DNA of 41,628 nt. Source: Thioalkalivibrio sp. Lineage in GTDB: Bacteria > Pseudomonadota > Gammaproteobacteria > SpSt-1174. The notes under the pieces were generated by a model that was given only the letters and a program-made list of their open reading frames with translations, was not told the origin of the DNA and did not search any database. Position numbers and translations under genes: made by a program. Below are positions 12,341-21,099 of the stretch, piece by piece (position 1 is the first letter of the stretch; the number at the start of each line of letters is the position of its first letter). The DNA is taken from NCBI GenBank assembly GCA_011046015.1, contig DSBO01000006.1:1-41628 (forward strand). Reading direction: 5' to 3'.

Positions 12341-12361
12341 TTTTTGCCACAGAGGGCACAG
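12341..12361. repeat. Solo terminal repeat of the GCCACAGAGGGCACAG MITE-like family
   Basis: TTTTTTGCCACAGAGGGCACAG has no visible inverted partner. It lies 15 nt before the first unit of the tandem array. Confidence 0.5.
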
Positions 12362-12376
12362 CCGCCATCAACGACC

Positions 12377-12840
12377 CTGTAGGAGCGGTGAAAGCCGCGA
12401 TGCCCATGTCAGCCGATGCTGCCATCCCCGATCGCGCCTCGCAGCGCTCCTACGGGAACCACAAGCAGACTGTAGGAGCGGTGCCAGCCGCGATACCCAT
12501 GCCCGGGTGATGCTGCCACCCCGAATCGCGCCTCGCAGCGCTCCTACCGGAACTGGGCTCGGACTGTAGGAGCGGTGAAAGCCGCGATGCCCATGTCAGC
12601 CGATGCTGCCATCCCCGAATCGCACCTTGCAGCGCTCCTACCGGAACCACAACCGGACCGCAGGAGCGGTGAAAGCCGCGATACCCGTGCCCGGGCGATG
12701 CTGCCATCCCCGAATCGCTGCCTTGCAGTGCTCCTACGAGAACCAGAACCGGACTGTAGGAGCGGTGAAAGCCGCGATGCCCGTGTCCGGCCGATGCTGC
12801 CATCCCCGAATCGCGCCTTGCGGTGTCCTGCCGGTACCGA
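12377..12840 (+). repeat. Tandem array of five ~94-bp palindromic units (REP/BIME-like)
   Basis: Units start near 12377, 12470, 12564, 12658 and 12754. Each unit has GTAGGAGCGGTGAAAGCCGCGAT ... ATCGCGCCTYGCAGCGCTCCTAC plus a ~20-nt linker. Same family as 21096-21372. Confidence 0.9.
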
Positions 12841-12954
12841 GGGTGAACATGCCAAGAAGCGACCAAGATCGCGACCCAGGGGGAAGGTTCTGCGATCCTC
12901 GTCGCACCTGCCGTTTTCTGCCGTTTATCCGCAACGATCGGGTTGTCTCATACG

Positions 12955-13030
12955 CCCTGCCAGGGCAGGCAGATCCTCAGGCCCAGCCCTCGCCCTGCCG
13001 GGGCAGGCAGATCCTCAGGCCCAGCCCTCC
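12955..13030. repeat. Direct tandem duplication of 38 bp (36/38 identical) spanning the 3' end of the kinase gene
   Basis: CCCTGCCrGGGCAGGCAGATCCTCAGGCCCAGCCCTCs occurs at 12955-12992 and 12993-13030. The stop codon in use lies in the first copy. Confidence 0.85.
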
Positions 13031-14302
13031 CAGCGCGCTGCGTTCCAGTGCGAGTTCTCCACCGTATTCCTTCACGATGTCCTGCATGATGGCGAGCCCC
13101 AGGCCGTGGCCTGGGACGTTCTCGTCCAGGCGGGCGCCGCGTTCGAGGAGCTGGGCCGACTCGGCCTCGTCGATACCGGGGCCGTCATCCTCGATATAGA
13201 TACAGTGCCGGGTCGCGGTGTCGGCGCAGCGTACCCGAACCCGGTGGCGTGCCCACTTGGCGGCATTGTCCAGGGCGTTGCCGAACAGTTCGCTCAGGTC
13301 CGCGGCATCGCCGATCAGCACGTGTTCCGTCGGGATGTCGATGTCGAAACGCAGGGCGCGTTCACCGTGGATCCTGTCCAGCACCCCGGCGAGGTCCTGC
13401 AGGAGTTCGCGGGTGGGGATGCGATGCCGGGCGAGCGCGCCGCCAGCCAGGCGGGCGCGCTTGAGTTCGCGGGATACGGACTGGTCGATCCGGTCGATGG
13501 CCTCGTCCAGGTCGCGCCGGCGTGCCTCGGGCAGGTCCTGCAGGCTCTGGCGGGCGAGGGCCAGCGGGGTCTTGATGGCATGGGCGAGGTTGCCGAGCGC
13601 AGTGCGCGAGCGTTCCAGGCGACGGGTGTGACTGCGGTTGAGGTTGTTGATCTCGCGCGTGAGCGGTGCGATCTCGTCGGGAACGCGGGTGTCGATGACC
13701 TCGCGCTCGCCGGCCTGCATGGCGCGCAGTTGCGACACCGTCGCGCGCACGGGCCTGAGCGAGTGCCGGACGAGGACCTGCAGCAGCGCGAGCAGCAGGA
13801 GCAGCAGTAGAGCGCCGGCCAGGCCGAACCCGACCAGGTAGCGTTGCGCCAGCTCCTGAAACTCGCTGACATCCTCCGCTATGAGGATCTCCACCGGCTG
13901 CCCCGATTTTTCGTAGCGCATCAGTAGCGCGAGCATGGGCAGGTCCTGGGGGCCCTGCATGTGGAAGGCCCGGTCTTCCGGCGTGCCGGCAGGCGCGCTG
14001 ATCGTTTCGTCCCAGAGCGAGCGGGAGCGCAGGGTGTCGCGTGGCGTGACCACGACAAAATAATGCCCGGAAAACACGCGCTGATAGATGGGGGCGATGC
14101 GGGCGGCGTCGAGTCGCGCGCGCCCAGCCGTGTCGAAGTCCAGGGCCAGCAGCAGGTTTTCGGCGTCGTGCTCCAGGCGGGTGTGGATATAGGTCTCGGT
14201 GAGGGTGCGGGCGGCCAGCATGCCGCCGACCCAGGCCAGTGCCACCACGGCAATGAGGCTGATCGACAGCCAGAGGAAGAAACGCGCGCGCAGCGAGTTC
14301 AT
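12977..14302 (-). CDS. Two-component sensor histidine kinase (two TM segments, HAMP, HisKA, HATPase)
   Basis: 441 aa. H-box LGNLAHAIKTPLA, N-box FGNALDNAAKWA, G-boxes DDGPGI and GHGLGLAI. The start overlaps the regulator stop (ATGA). Confidence 0.9.
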   Translation of the reverse strand: MNSLRARFFLWLSISLIAVVALAWVGGMLAARTLTETYIHTRLEHDAENLLLALDFDTAGRARLDAARIAPIYQRVFSGHYFVVVTPRDTLRSRSLWDETISAPAGTPEDRAFHMQGPQDLPMLALLMRYEKSGQPVEILIAEDVSEFQELAQRYLVGFGLAGALLLLLLLALLQVLVRHSLRPVRATVSQLRAMQAGEREVIDTRVPDEIAPLTREINNLNRSHTRRLERSRTALGNLAHAIKTPLALARQSLQDLPEARRRDLDEAIDRIDQSVSRELKRARLAGGALARHRIPTRELLQDLAGVLDRIHGERALRFDIDIPTEHVLIGDAADLSELFGNALDNAAKWARHRVRVRCADTATRHCIYIEDDGPGIDEAESAQLLERGARLDENVPGHGLGLAIMQDIVKEYGGELALERSALGGLGLRICLPRQGEGWA

Positions 14303-14964
14303 GCCGGCCCGCCGTAGACGTAGCCCTGCCCGCGGCGCGTGGTGATACGTTCCCGGCCGATGAGCTGGCGCAGGCGGTTGATATAGACCTCGATGACGTT
14401 GCTGTCGCGCTCGTCGTCATACTCATAAAGATGCTCGGCCAGCCGAGACTTCGACAGCACCTTGCCCTCGTTGAGCATGAAATAGTGCAGCAGGCGGTAC
14501 TCCATGGCGGTGAGCTGGGTCTGCGTGCCATCGGGCAGGCGCAGGGACTGGTCGTCCTCGTCGAGCACCAGGCCATGGCTCTCGATCACCGGCCGGGCGC
14601 GTCCATGGGCGCGGCGGATCAGCGCCTGCAGGCGCACGATCACCTCTTCGTCGTGAAAGGGCTTGGTGACGTAGTCGTCGGCGCCGAGCTTGAAGGCGGC
14701 AATCTTGTCCTGCCAGGCATCGCGGGCGGTGAGTACCAGCACGGGAAAGTCCCGCCCGGCGGCGCGCCAGCTTCCGAGTACCTCCACGCCGGATTTTTTC
14801 GGCAGGCCCAGGTCGAGCACGGCCACGTCGTAGGCTTCCTCGCGCCCCAGGTGTTCGGCGTCGACGCCGTTACCGGCGATATCCACGGCGAAGCCCTCGG
14901 CACGAAGACGCTGGCCGAGGGACTCGGCCAGCGCGTGATCGTCCTCGACCAGCAACAGACGCAT
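14299..14964 (-). CDS. OmpR-family response regulator
   Basis: 221 aa. Receiver domain MRLLLVEDD...VLDLGLP...KPF, and a winged-helix C-terminus LTAMEYRLLHYF...VEVYINRLRQ. Confidence 0.95.
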   Translation of the reverse strand: MRLLLVEDDHALAESLGQRLRAEGFAVDIAGNGVDAEHLGREEAYDVAVLDLGLPKKSGVEVLGSWRAAGRDFPVLVLTARDAWQDKIAAFKLGADDYVTKPFHDEEVIVRLQALIRRAHGRARPVIESHGLVLDEDDQSLRLPDGTQTQLTAMEYRLLHYFMLNEGKVLSKSRLAEHLYEYDDERDSNVIEVYINRLRQLIGRERITTRRGQGYVYGGPA

Positions 14965-14965
14965 G

Positions 14966-15265
14966 TCAGTCCTTGCGTTTGGACTTTAGCAGCTCACCGG
15001 TGCGGGCATCGAAATAGCCCTTGCGGTGCTCACCATCGTGGGTGAGGTATTCGATTTCATAGACGTAGCGACCATTCTCGCGCTCGAACTCGGCCTCCAG
15101 GATGCGCGCCTCACGCAGCTCCGGGCTGTCGGTGATGAGCGTGACCAGCGGCAGGATGTCGCCGGCCTCGCGCAGCTCGCGGACCTTGTCGTGGGAGTCG
15201 GCCTGGGCGCCGAAGCTCAGGGCGGTAAGCAGGGCGGCGGTGGCCGCGGCAAGTTTCAGGTTCAT
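14966..15265 (-). CDS. PepSY-domain periplasmic protein
   Basis: 99 aa. Signal peptide (LSFGAQA/DS), then ILEAEFERENGRYVYEIEY...GYFDARTGELL. It is the first gene of the PepSY/regulator/kinase operon. Confidence 0.85.
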   Translation of the reverse strand: MNLKLAAATAALLTALSFGAQADSHDKVRELREAGDILPLVTLITDSPELREARILEAEFERENGRYVYEIEYLTHDGEHRKGYFDARTGELLKSKRKD

Positions 15266-15369
15266 GGCATTGTCTCCGTAGGTTTCGGGCGGTCGGTCTC
15301 GACCAACGGGGCCATGCTAGCCACCGATCCTGAAATCAAACTTAAGACGATTATGCCCTGGCAGGCAAA

Positions 15370-15397
15370 GAGAAAGCGGGCCGGGGCCCGCTTTCTC
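15370..15397 (-). terminator. Probable terminator hairpin downstream of the small membrane-protein gene
   Basis: GAGAAAGCGGGC-cggg-GCCCGCTTTCTC, followed on the minus strand by TTTG. The T-tract is short. Confidence 0.5.
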
Positions 15398-15416
15398 GTT
15401 CCTCGGCCGATACGCT

Positions 15417-15764
15417 TCAGCCGAACATCCAGGTTTCCGGCTGCGGATGGGCCTGCTGCTTGTCGAGGTACTGCATGCCCTTCACGCAACGGATGATCAG
15501 CCACACCAGCCAGAACAGCAGGATGAAGGCGCCAATCACCAGCCCGACGGTGAGCGTCCCGATGAACAGGTACAGCAGGCCGATCCAGAAGGTGCGGATC
15601 TGGAAGGTGTAGTGGCTCTGGAGCCAGTCCGGCGCCTCGCGCCGGTTGATGTAGGCCATGACCACGCCGACGATGCCGGTGACGCCGACGACGATACCGA
15701 CGAGGTAAAGGATGTAGACGATCTTGGCGGTGCCCTCGGTGGTCGGGGCGGCGACTTCGTTCAT
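15417..15764 (-). CDS. Small integral membrane protein (COG3671/DUF4870-like)
   Basis: 115 aa with KIVYILYLVG...MAYINRREAPDWLQSHYTFQIRTFWIGLL and three hydrophobic helices. The family name is from memory. Confidence 0.75.
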   Translation of the reverse strand: MNEVAAPTTEGTAKIVYILYLVGIVVGVTGIVGVVMAYINRREAPDWLQSHYTFQIRTFWIGLLYLFIGTLTVGLVIGAFILLFWLVWLIIRCVKGMQYLDKQQAHPQPETWMFG

Positions 15765-16014
15765 TTGTCATTCTCCATTTTGTTGTTGTTTGCCCTGCCG
15801 TGAGGCATGGCACATCCGGCGCGGTTGATCCTGTATCCTCCATCCCGGGCCGGAAATCAGACTAACGTGGCGGCCCGGATGGCGCAATGGGGGTGTCCGC
15901 TGTCCATGGCCGGCGGTCAGCCGATGAAAACCCGGGCCGTCTTGGCCGTTCGGTCATTCCGGCGCAGGCAGGGATGGCGCTCCCTTGATAACTGACAACG
16001 CTTGTTACAACGAA

Positions 16015-16040
16015 AAAGGCCCGGCAATGCCGGGCCTTTC
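16015..16040 (-). terminator. Rho-independent terminator of fbp
   Basis: The minus strand reads GGCCCGGCattGCCGGGCC followed by TTTTTCG, 25 nt after the fbp stop. Confidence 0.8.
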
Positions 16041-16063
16041 TGCGAAGCGGGTGAGCGGTGAGA

Positions 16064-17074
16064 TTACTCGCTGTGGTAGCGGGTCACCAGCTCCACTTCG
16101 TTCTTCGAGCCAAGCACCACGGGCACGCGCTGGTGCAGTTCCTTCGGCTGGATGTCCAGGATGCGCTCGCGGCCGGTGGTGGAGGCGCCGCCGGCCTGCT
16201 CGACGATGAAGCTCATCGGGTTGGCCTCGTACATCAGGCGCAGCTTGCCTTCCTTGCCCGCCTTCCTGGTCTTCTCGTCGATCGGGTACATGAAGATGCC
16301 GCCGCGGGTCAGGATGCGGTGCACCTCGGCGACCATGGAGGCCACCCAGCGCATGTTGAAGTCCTTGCCGCGGGCGCCTTCCTTGCCGGCCAGGCATTCG
16401 TCGATGTAGCGCTTCACCGGCGCTTCCCAGTGGCGGGAGTTGGAGGCGTTGATCGCGAACTCCTGGGTGTCTTCCGGGATCTTCACGTCGTCGCGGGTCA
16501 TGATGAACTCGCCCATGTCGCGGTCCAGGGTGAACATCTTCACGCCCTGGCCGGTGGTGATCACCATGATGGAGGACGGGCCATACAGGCAGTAGCCGGC
16601 GGCGACCTGGGTGGTGCCGGGCTGCATGAAGTCCTCGGCACTCGGGTTCTCGACGCCCTTGGGGGCCTTGAGGATGGAGAAGATGGTGCCCACCGAGACG
16701 TTGACGTCCATGTTGGAGGAGCCGTCGAGCGGGTCGAAGGTGACCATGTACCCGCCACGCGGCTTGCCGGCGGCCAGGTTGTAGACGTCTTCCATTTCCT
16801 CGGAGGCCAGGCCGGCGACGTGGCCGTTGTTCTCCAGGGCCTCGATGAACACCTCGTTGGTGATGATGTCCATCTTCTTCTGCTCTTCGCCCTGCACGTT
16901 CTCCGAGCCGGCGGCGCCCAGCACGCCGATGAGATCGCCCTTGTCGACGAGGGAGGCGATCTTCTTGCAGGCGGTGGCGATATCGTTCAGCAGGCCGGTG
17001 AATTCGCCGGTGGCGCCTTCGATGCCGCGCTGGGTCTCGATGATGTAGTTGGTCAGCGTTTTACCGATATGCAT
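16064..17074 (-). CDS. fbp: Class 1 fructose-1,6-bisphosphatase
   Basis: 336 aa with [31 protein letters not shown]. Confidence 0.95.
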   Translation of the reverse strand: MHIGKTLTNYIIETQRGIEGATGEFTGLLNDIATACKKIASLVDKGDLIGVLGAAGSENVQGEEQKKMDIITNEVFIEALENNGHVAGLASEEMEDVYNLAAGKPRGGYMVTFDPLDGSSNMDVNVSVGTIFSILKAPKGVENPSAEDFMQPGTTQVAAGYCLYGPSSIMVITTGQGVKMFTLDRDMGEFIMTRDDVKIPEDTQEFAINASNSRHWEAPVKRYIDECLAGKEGARGKDFNMRWVASMVAEVHRILTRGGIFMYPIDEKTRKAGKEGKLRLMYEANPMSFIVEQAGGASTTGRERILDIQPKELHQRVPVVLGSKNEVELVTRYHSE

Positions 17075-17274
17075 GGTCAGCTTCCGTTTAGATGTTGAAA
17101 TGACTGGAGTCGGTGGCCGGCGCGATGCGCGCCCGGGCCTGGAATCCGGTGGGGCGCCGCGCTCGGCGCGGGCCCAAGGCCGCGTATGATAGCAGAATCC
17201 GGGGCGCGGTTCCCCGCCCCTGCGACCGGCGCTCGCGGCGCGGCATGGCGGGGAATCCGCGCTAGAATCAGGCC

Positions 17275-18042
17275 ATGACGATCCGGGGCATACTGCTCGA
17301 CCTTTCGGGGGTGCTCTACGTGGGCAGCCAGGTGGTGCCGGGTGCCGTGCCCGCGCTCGGGCGCCTGCGCGCCACCGGCCTGCCGCTGCGTTTCGTCACC
17401 AACACCACCCGCAGCACGCGGGTGGCCATCGGCGAGAAGCTGCGCGGCCTCGGCTTCGCCATCGACGATGCCGAGATCTTCACCGCGCCCGCGGCCGCGC
17501 GGGCCTACCTGGCCGAGCATGGCCTGGCACCCCATCTCATCATACATCCGGGCCTGGCGCCCGAATTCGCGGATCTGGACACCCGGGCGCCCGATGCCGT
17601 GGTGCTGGGTGATGCCGGCGAGGCCTTCGACTATGCGCATCTCAACGCGGCCTTCCGCCTGCTGATGGCCGGCGCGCCCCTGATCGCCATGGGCGACAAC
17701 CGCTACTTCATGGAGGACGACGGTCTGAGTCTCGACATCGGCCCCTTTGTGCGCGCCCTGGAGTATGCCGCCGGCGTGGAGGCGGTGGTGCTCGGCAAGC
17801 CCGCCGCGGGGTTCTTTCTCGGCGCCGTCGCGGCCCTGGGCTGCGACCCCGGGGAAGTGGTGATGGTGGGCGACGATGCGCTCGCCGACGTGGAGGGGGC
17901 GCTCAAGGCGGGGCTTGCGGCCGTGCTGGTGCAGACCGGCAAGTACCGGGCGGGCGACGAGGTGCGTATCGGTGAGCCGGGGGCCGGGCTGGCTACCGAC
18001 TTTCCGGCCTGGGTAGAGCAGTTCCTGGCGGGGCGGGGCTAG
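17275..18042 (+). CDS. HAD-superfamily hydrolase, subfamily IIA
   Basis: 255 aa with LLDLSGVLY (DxD-type motif I variant), FVTNTT, GKP, and MVGDD...D. Confidence 0.85.
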   Translation: MTIRGILLDLSGVLYVGSQVVPGAVPALGRLRATGLPLRFVTNTTRSTRVAIGEKLRGLGFAIDDAEIFTAPAAARAYLAEHGLAPHLIIHPGLAPEFADLDTRAPDAVVLGDAGEAFDYAHLNAAFRLLMAGAPLIAMGDNRYFMEDDGLSLDIGPFVRALEYAAGVEAVVLGKPAAGFFLGAVAALGCDPGEVVMVGDDALADVEGALKAGLAAVLVQTGKYRAGDEVRIGEPGAGLATDFPAWVEQFLAGRG

Positions 18043-18218
18043 TCGCGTAAACCCACCAGCTTGCAGCTGGACAGGCCTTGCGGCCGACGTCTGGATCATC
18101 GCGGTGCTGGAAAGATGGGGTCGCCAGTGGTCCGTTGTCCCCCTGTCACTAGCCAGCGTGCGGAGTCTCGGCGGGAGGCCAATACTCTGGCCGGTGTGTC
18201 CGGGGCTTGCCCCGTCAT

Positions 18219-18234
18219 CCCTGCAAAAGCAGGG
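18219..18234. repeat. REP-like hairpin CCCTGC-aaaa-GCAGGG
   Basis: A single copy in the 300-bp convergent spacer. The surrounding sequence translates as PVIPAKAGVQ, which is typical of a widespread proteobacterial REP type. Confidence 0.4.
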
Positions 18235-18341
18235 GTTCAGCCACCATGGGTATTGAAGCCGGGTGCTGGCCGGACCCCAGCGGAGCGGGATCGAGGCCGA
18301 TACGGACCCTGTGGCGGAATAACCTGCCGAGAGGTTACGGG

Positions 18342-19382
18342 CTAGTCCAGCGGGCAGCGGATGACCGGGCAGGCGGCGTCGGGCGGTTCCGGCACGGCGG
18401 TACGCAGCTCCGTGACCGTGTCCGCGATCGCCGGGTCGTCCGGCGCGAGTCGGTGCGCGCAATCGGCGGCGGCCAGGGCCTCGGCATGGCAGCCACTGGC
18501 ATGCAGGGCATAGGCGAGGTTGTTCCAGGCGGGGGCGAACTCCGGATCGATCGCCGTGGCCCGCAGGTAATGCGCGCGCGCGGCCTGGGGCTCGTCGGCG
18601 CCCATCAGGGCGTTGGCCAGGCCGAACTGTGCCAGGCTCTCGTCCGGCCAGCGCGTCGCGATGGCGCGGTAGCTCTCGAAGGCCGCCTCGGCCTGCCCGG
18701 TCGCCTCCAGCCCGTGGGTCGCGCGCAGCATGGCGAGCAGGTCCGCCGAGGGCGGCACCGTGCCCGGTCGCACGGCCACCACGGCCCAGTGATCGCCCCG
18801 CTGCCAGGTGCGCTCGAACACCCGGAACGAGGTGATCCAGCGCTCGGTGGTGGCCGAGCGCAGCACCAGGTGGCGCTGGTCGAGGTCGTAGCCCACCACC
18901 ACGGCGTAATGCCACTTCGGGTACCAGTTCAGGCCGAGGTTTTGCAGCACCAGTACGGGGTGGCCGGCGTCGACCTCGCGCAGCAGGGCGGGGAGTTCGC
19001 GTGGCAGCACCACGGGCAGCAGGCCGCGCTTGCGGATCGCGGCCAGCATCTCTGGCTGCAGGCTGCCCTGGCGGGCGGGCAGGTAGACCTCGCGGACCAG
19101 GGTGTCGGGCGAGGCCTCCACGCCCAGCGGCGTGAGCACGGTGGCGAGCGCGGCCGGGCCGCACTGGTAGTCTTCCTGGGGGAAAAACGGGGTGTCGGCG
19201 AGTTCGCGCGCGGGCGGCAGCTCGGCCGGCGGGGATTCCTGCAGGGCGCGGGTCTGCGGCGTGCTGGCGCAGCCGGTGACCAGCAGCCACACAAAAAACG
19301 CGCCCGCCAGGAGGCGGGCGCGCGATGGATACCGGGGGGTATCAGTTAACCGGATTGATGAACGGGAAGATATTGGTCGCAC
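18342..19382 (-). CDS. PA2778-family C39-like cysteine peptidase with C-terminal TPR repeats (predicted lipoprotein)
   Basis: 346 aa. Lipobox LLVTGC. The papain-like/C39 Cys motif is QEDYQCGPAALATVL and the His motif is KWHYAVVVGYD. A TPR-like tail follows (AWNNLAYALHASG). GTG start at 19382 overlaps the upstream gene by 41 nt, so the start is uncertain. Confidence 0.85.
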   Translation of the reverse strand: MRPISSRSSIRLTDTPRYPSRARLLAGAFFVWLLVTGCASTPQTRALQESPPAELPPARELADTPFFPQEDYQCGPAALATVLTPLGVEASPDTLVREVYLPARQGSLQPEMLAAIRKRGLLPVVLPRELPALLREVDAGHPVLVLQNLGLNWYPKWHYAVVVGYDLDQRHLVLRSATTERWITSFRVFERTWQRGDHWAVVAVRPGTVPPSADLLAMLRATHGLEATGQAEAAFESYRAIATRWPDESLAQFGLANALMGADEPQAARAHYLRATAIDPEFAPAWNNLAYALHASGCHAEALAAADCAHRLAPDDPAIADTVTELRTAVPEPPDAACPVIRCPLD

Positions 19383-19737
19383 CGATCACGTCCGTGATGA
19401 TGAACACCAGCAGGATGAGCAGGACCACGCCCAGGGCGTCGCCGCCGGCCGGCAGGTCACCCATGCGCTGGTTGAGCTCGGCGATCTCGGCGTCGGTCAT
19501 GGCGGCCACGCGCTCGGCGGCCATCGCGCCGTCGACGCCCATGGCCTCGAGCTGCTGGCGCACGTCTTCGCGTTCCAGCGCGGCCAGCAGCTGGGCGCGG
19601 TCGACGCGGGACTGTTCGGCCTGGATGACCTGCTGGGTGCCGACCATGGCGGCCTGCACCGGTGCGATCTGCGCCCCCATCATGCCGGTGGCGACAATGG
19701 CCAGGCCGAGGTTGCGGGAGAGTTTGGACAGTACCAT
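19342..19737 (-). CDS. PA2779-family protein (secreted, with a C-terminal hydrophobic segment)
   Basis: 131 aa. Signal peptide ending PVQA/AM, a helical acidic middle, the motif LPAGGDALG, then VVLLILLVFIITDVIGATNIFPFI. Confidence 0.8.
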   Translation of the reverse strand: MVLSKLSRNLGLAIVATGMMGAQIAPVQAAMVGTQQVIQAEQSRVDRAQLLAALEREDVRQQLEAMGVDGAMAAERVAAMTDAEIAELNQRMGDLPAGGDALGVVLLILLVFIITDVIGATNIFPFINPVN

Positions 19738-19880
19738 CGTGGATCTCCTCTACGGGTTGAGTTGTTCTTGGTTCTGGTTCGAGTGTAGCCGCTGGAACCG
19801 GCAAAAGGTAGTGAACCCCGTCATGTCTCCCGACTCCCACGGAGGTCGTTTCCCCGGCGCGTCGGTTACACTACGTGCCC

Positions 19881-20252
19881 ATGAGCCTTCTCGACGACAT
19901 AGTGGAACAGCGACTGGCCGAGGCCGCGGCGCGCGGCGAGTTCGACGACCTGCCGGGCGCCGGGCGGCCGCTGCCGATCGAGCCCGATGATCCCTTTGTC
20001 GCGCCGGAGCTGCGCATGGCCTACAAGATCCTGAAGAATGCCGGCTTCGTGCCCGAGGAAGTCCGCCTGCGGCGCGAGATCCGCGATGTCGAGGTCCTGA
20101 TCCGCGAGGCGAGCGCCCCCGAGGAGCGCAACGACGCGGCGCGGCGCCTGCGGGTGCTTATGAGCCGGCTGGACGCGGGCCGAGGCGGCCCGCTGGCGTT
20201 GCAGCAGGCGTATTACGAGCAGATGGTGGAGCGCCTGTCCCGCGAGGGGTAG
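19881..20252 (+). CDS. DUF1992 (DnaJC28-like) domain protein
   Basis: MSLLDDIVEQRLAEAAARGEFDDLPGAGRPL is the typical N-terminus of this family. I prefer ATG at 19881 over the track's GTG at 19875. Confidence 0.8.
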   Translation: MSLLDDIVEQRLAEAAARGEFDDLPGAGRPLPIEPDDPFVAPELRMAYKILKNAGFVPEEVRLRREIRDVEVLIREASAPEERNDAARRLRVLMSRLDAGRGGPLALQQAYYEQMVERLSREG

Positions 20253-20304
20253 GCTGGGTGCCCGGTTCGGGGCACTGCCGCTCCATCAACATGGATCCAG
20301 ATTC

Positions 20305-21099
20305 ATGACATCGCTTTCCCTGCACGTACGCGACTACGACGCTACCCGTGACGGCACCCCGGTGGTGCTGCTGCACGGCTTTCTCGGTTCCGGCGTCAAC
20401 TGGCACAGCATCGCCCGCCGGCTGAACGAGGCCTGGCCGGTGCTGGTGCCGGACCTGCGCAACCACGGCCAGTCGCCGCATGCAACGGCGATGGACTACC
20501 CCGCCATGGCCGCGGACCTGGCCGCGCTGTTCGAGGCGCGCGGTATCGAGCGTGCCGTACTCGTGGGTCACAGCATGGGCGGCAAGCTCGCCATGGAGTA
20601 CGCCCTGCGCCATCCCGATCAGGTGGCGCGGCTGGTGGCCGTGGACATCGCGCCCGTGCGCTACCACCACGGCTTCGAGGCCGTCTTCCGCGCCCTGCGC
20701 GCGGTGGATCTCGCCCGCATCGCCAGCCGGCGCGATGCCGATGCCATGATGCAGCCGGTGCTGGAGACCGAGGGTCTGCGCCAGTTCCTGTTGCAGAACC
20801 TGGAGAAGACCGATGCCGGTTGGCGCTGGCGCATCGACCTCGACATCCTGCAGGCAGCGGTGCCCGTCATCCAGGATGCCCCGCCCGCGCTCGAGGGTCG
20901 CCAGTTCGAGGGGCCTGCCCGCTTCCTCTACGGTGCGCGTTCGGACTACGTCACCGACGCCGCCGAGCCCCTCATCCGCCGGCACTTCCCGCAGGCCGGC
21001 CTCGAGGCCATCCCCGCTGCGGGGCACTGGGTATATGCCGAGCAGCCACAGGCCTTCCTCGAGGCCCTGTGGCGCTTTCTCGAACGGGGTGAGGCGTAG
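20305..21099 (+). CDS. Alpha/beta-fold hydrolase (YbfF-like esterase)
   Basis: 264 aa with HGFLGSGVNW, nucleophile elbow GHSMGG, and C-terminal AGHWVYAEQP. Confidence 0.85.
   Translation: MTSLSLHVRDYDATRDGTPVVLLHGFLGSGVNWHSIARRLNEAWPVLVPDLRNHGQSPHATAMDYPAMAADLAALFEARGIERAVLVGHSMGGKLAMEYALRHPDQVARLVAVDIAPVRYHHGFEAVFRALRAVDLARIASRRDADAMMQPVLETEGLRQFLLQNLEKTDAGWRWRIDLDILQAAVPVIQDAPPALEGRQFEGPARFLYGARSDYVTDAAEPLIRRHFPQAGLEAIPAAGHWVYAEQPQAFLEALWRFLERGEA

Noticed and set aside
12377-12840. The two tandem repeat arrays (here and at 21096-21372) as CRISPR arrays.
   Set aside because: The whole ~94-bp period is conserved, so there are no unique spacers. The units are long palindromes with a linker. 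There is no leader and no cas genes in the window.
12450-13199. ORFs 12450..12866, 12544..12855, 12603..13199, 12575..13810 and 20946..21524, which translate the repeat arrays.
   Set aside because: Their periodic peptide repeats (CRSGESRD, AIPESH and similar) simply mirror the 94-bp DNA units in several frames. They are not credible proteins.
17077-19290. A 737-aa minus-strand ORF, the second longest in the track.
   Set aside because: Its translation is Arg/Pro/Gly/Ala-rich and of low complexity. It runs antisense to the well-supported HAD gene, crosses a 300-bp spacer, and overlaps the peptidase gene out of frame. This is a typical shadow ORF of GC-rich DNA.
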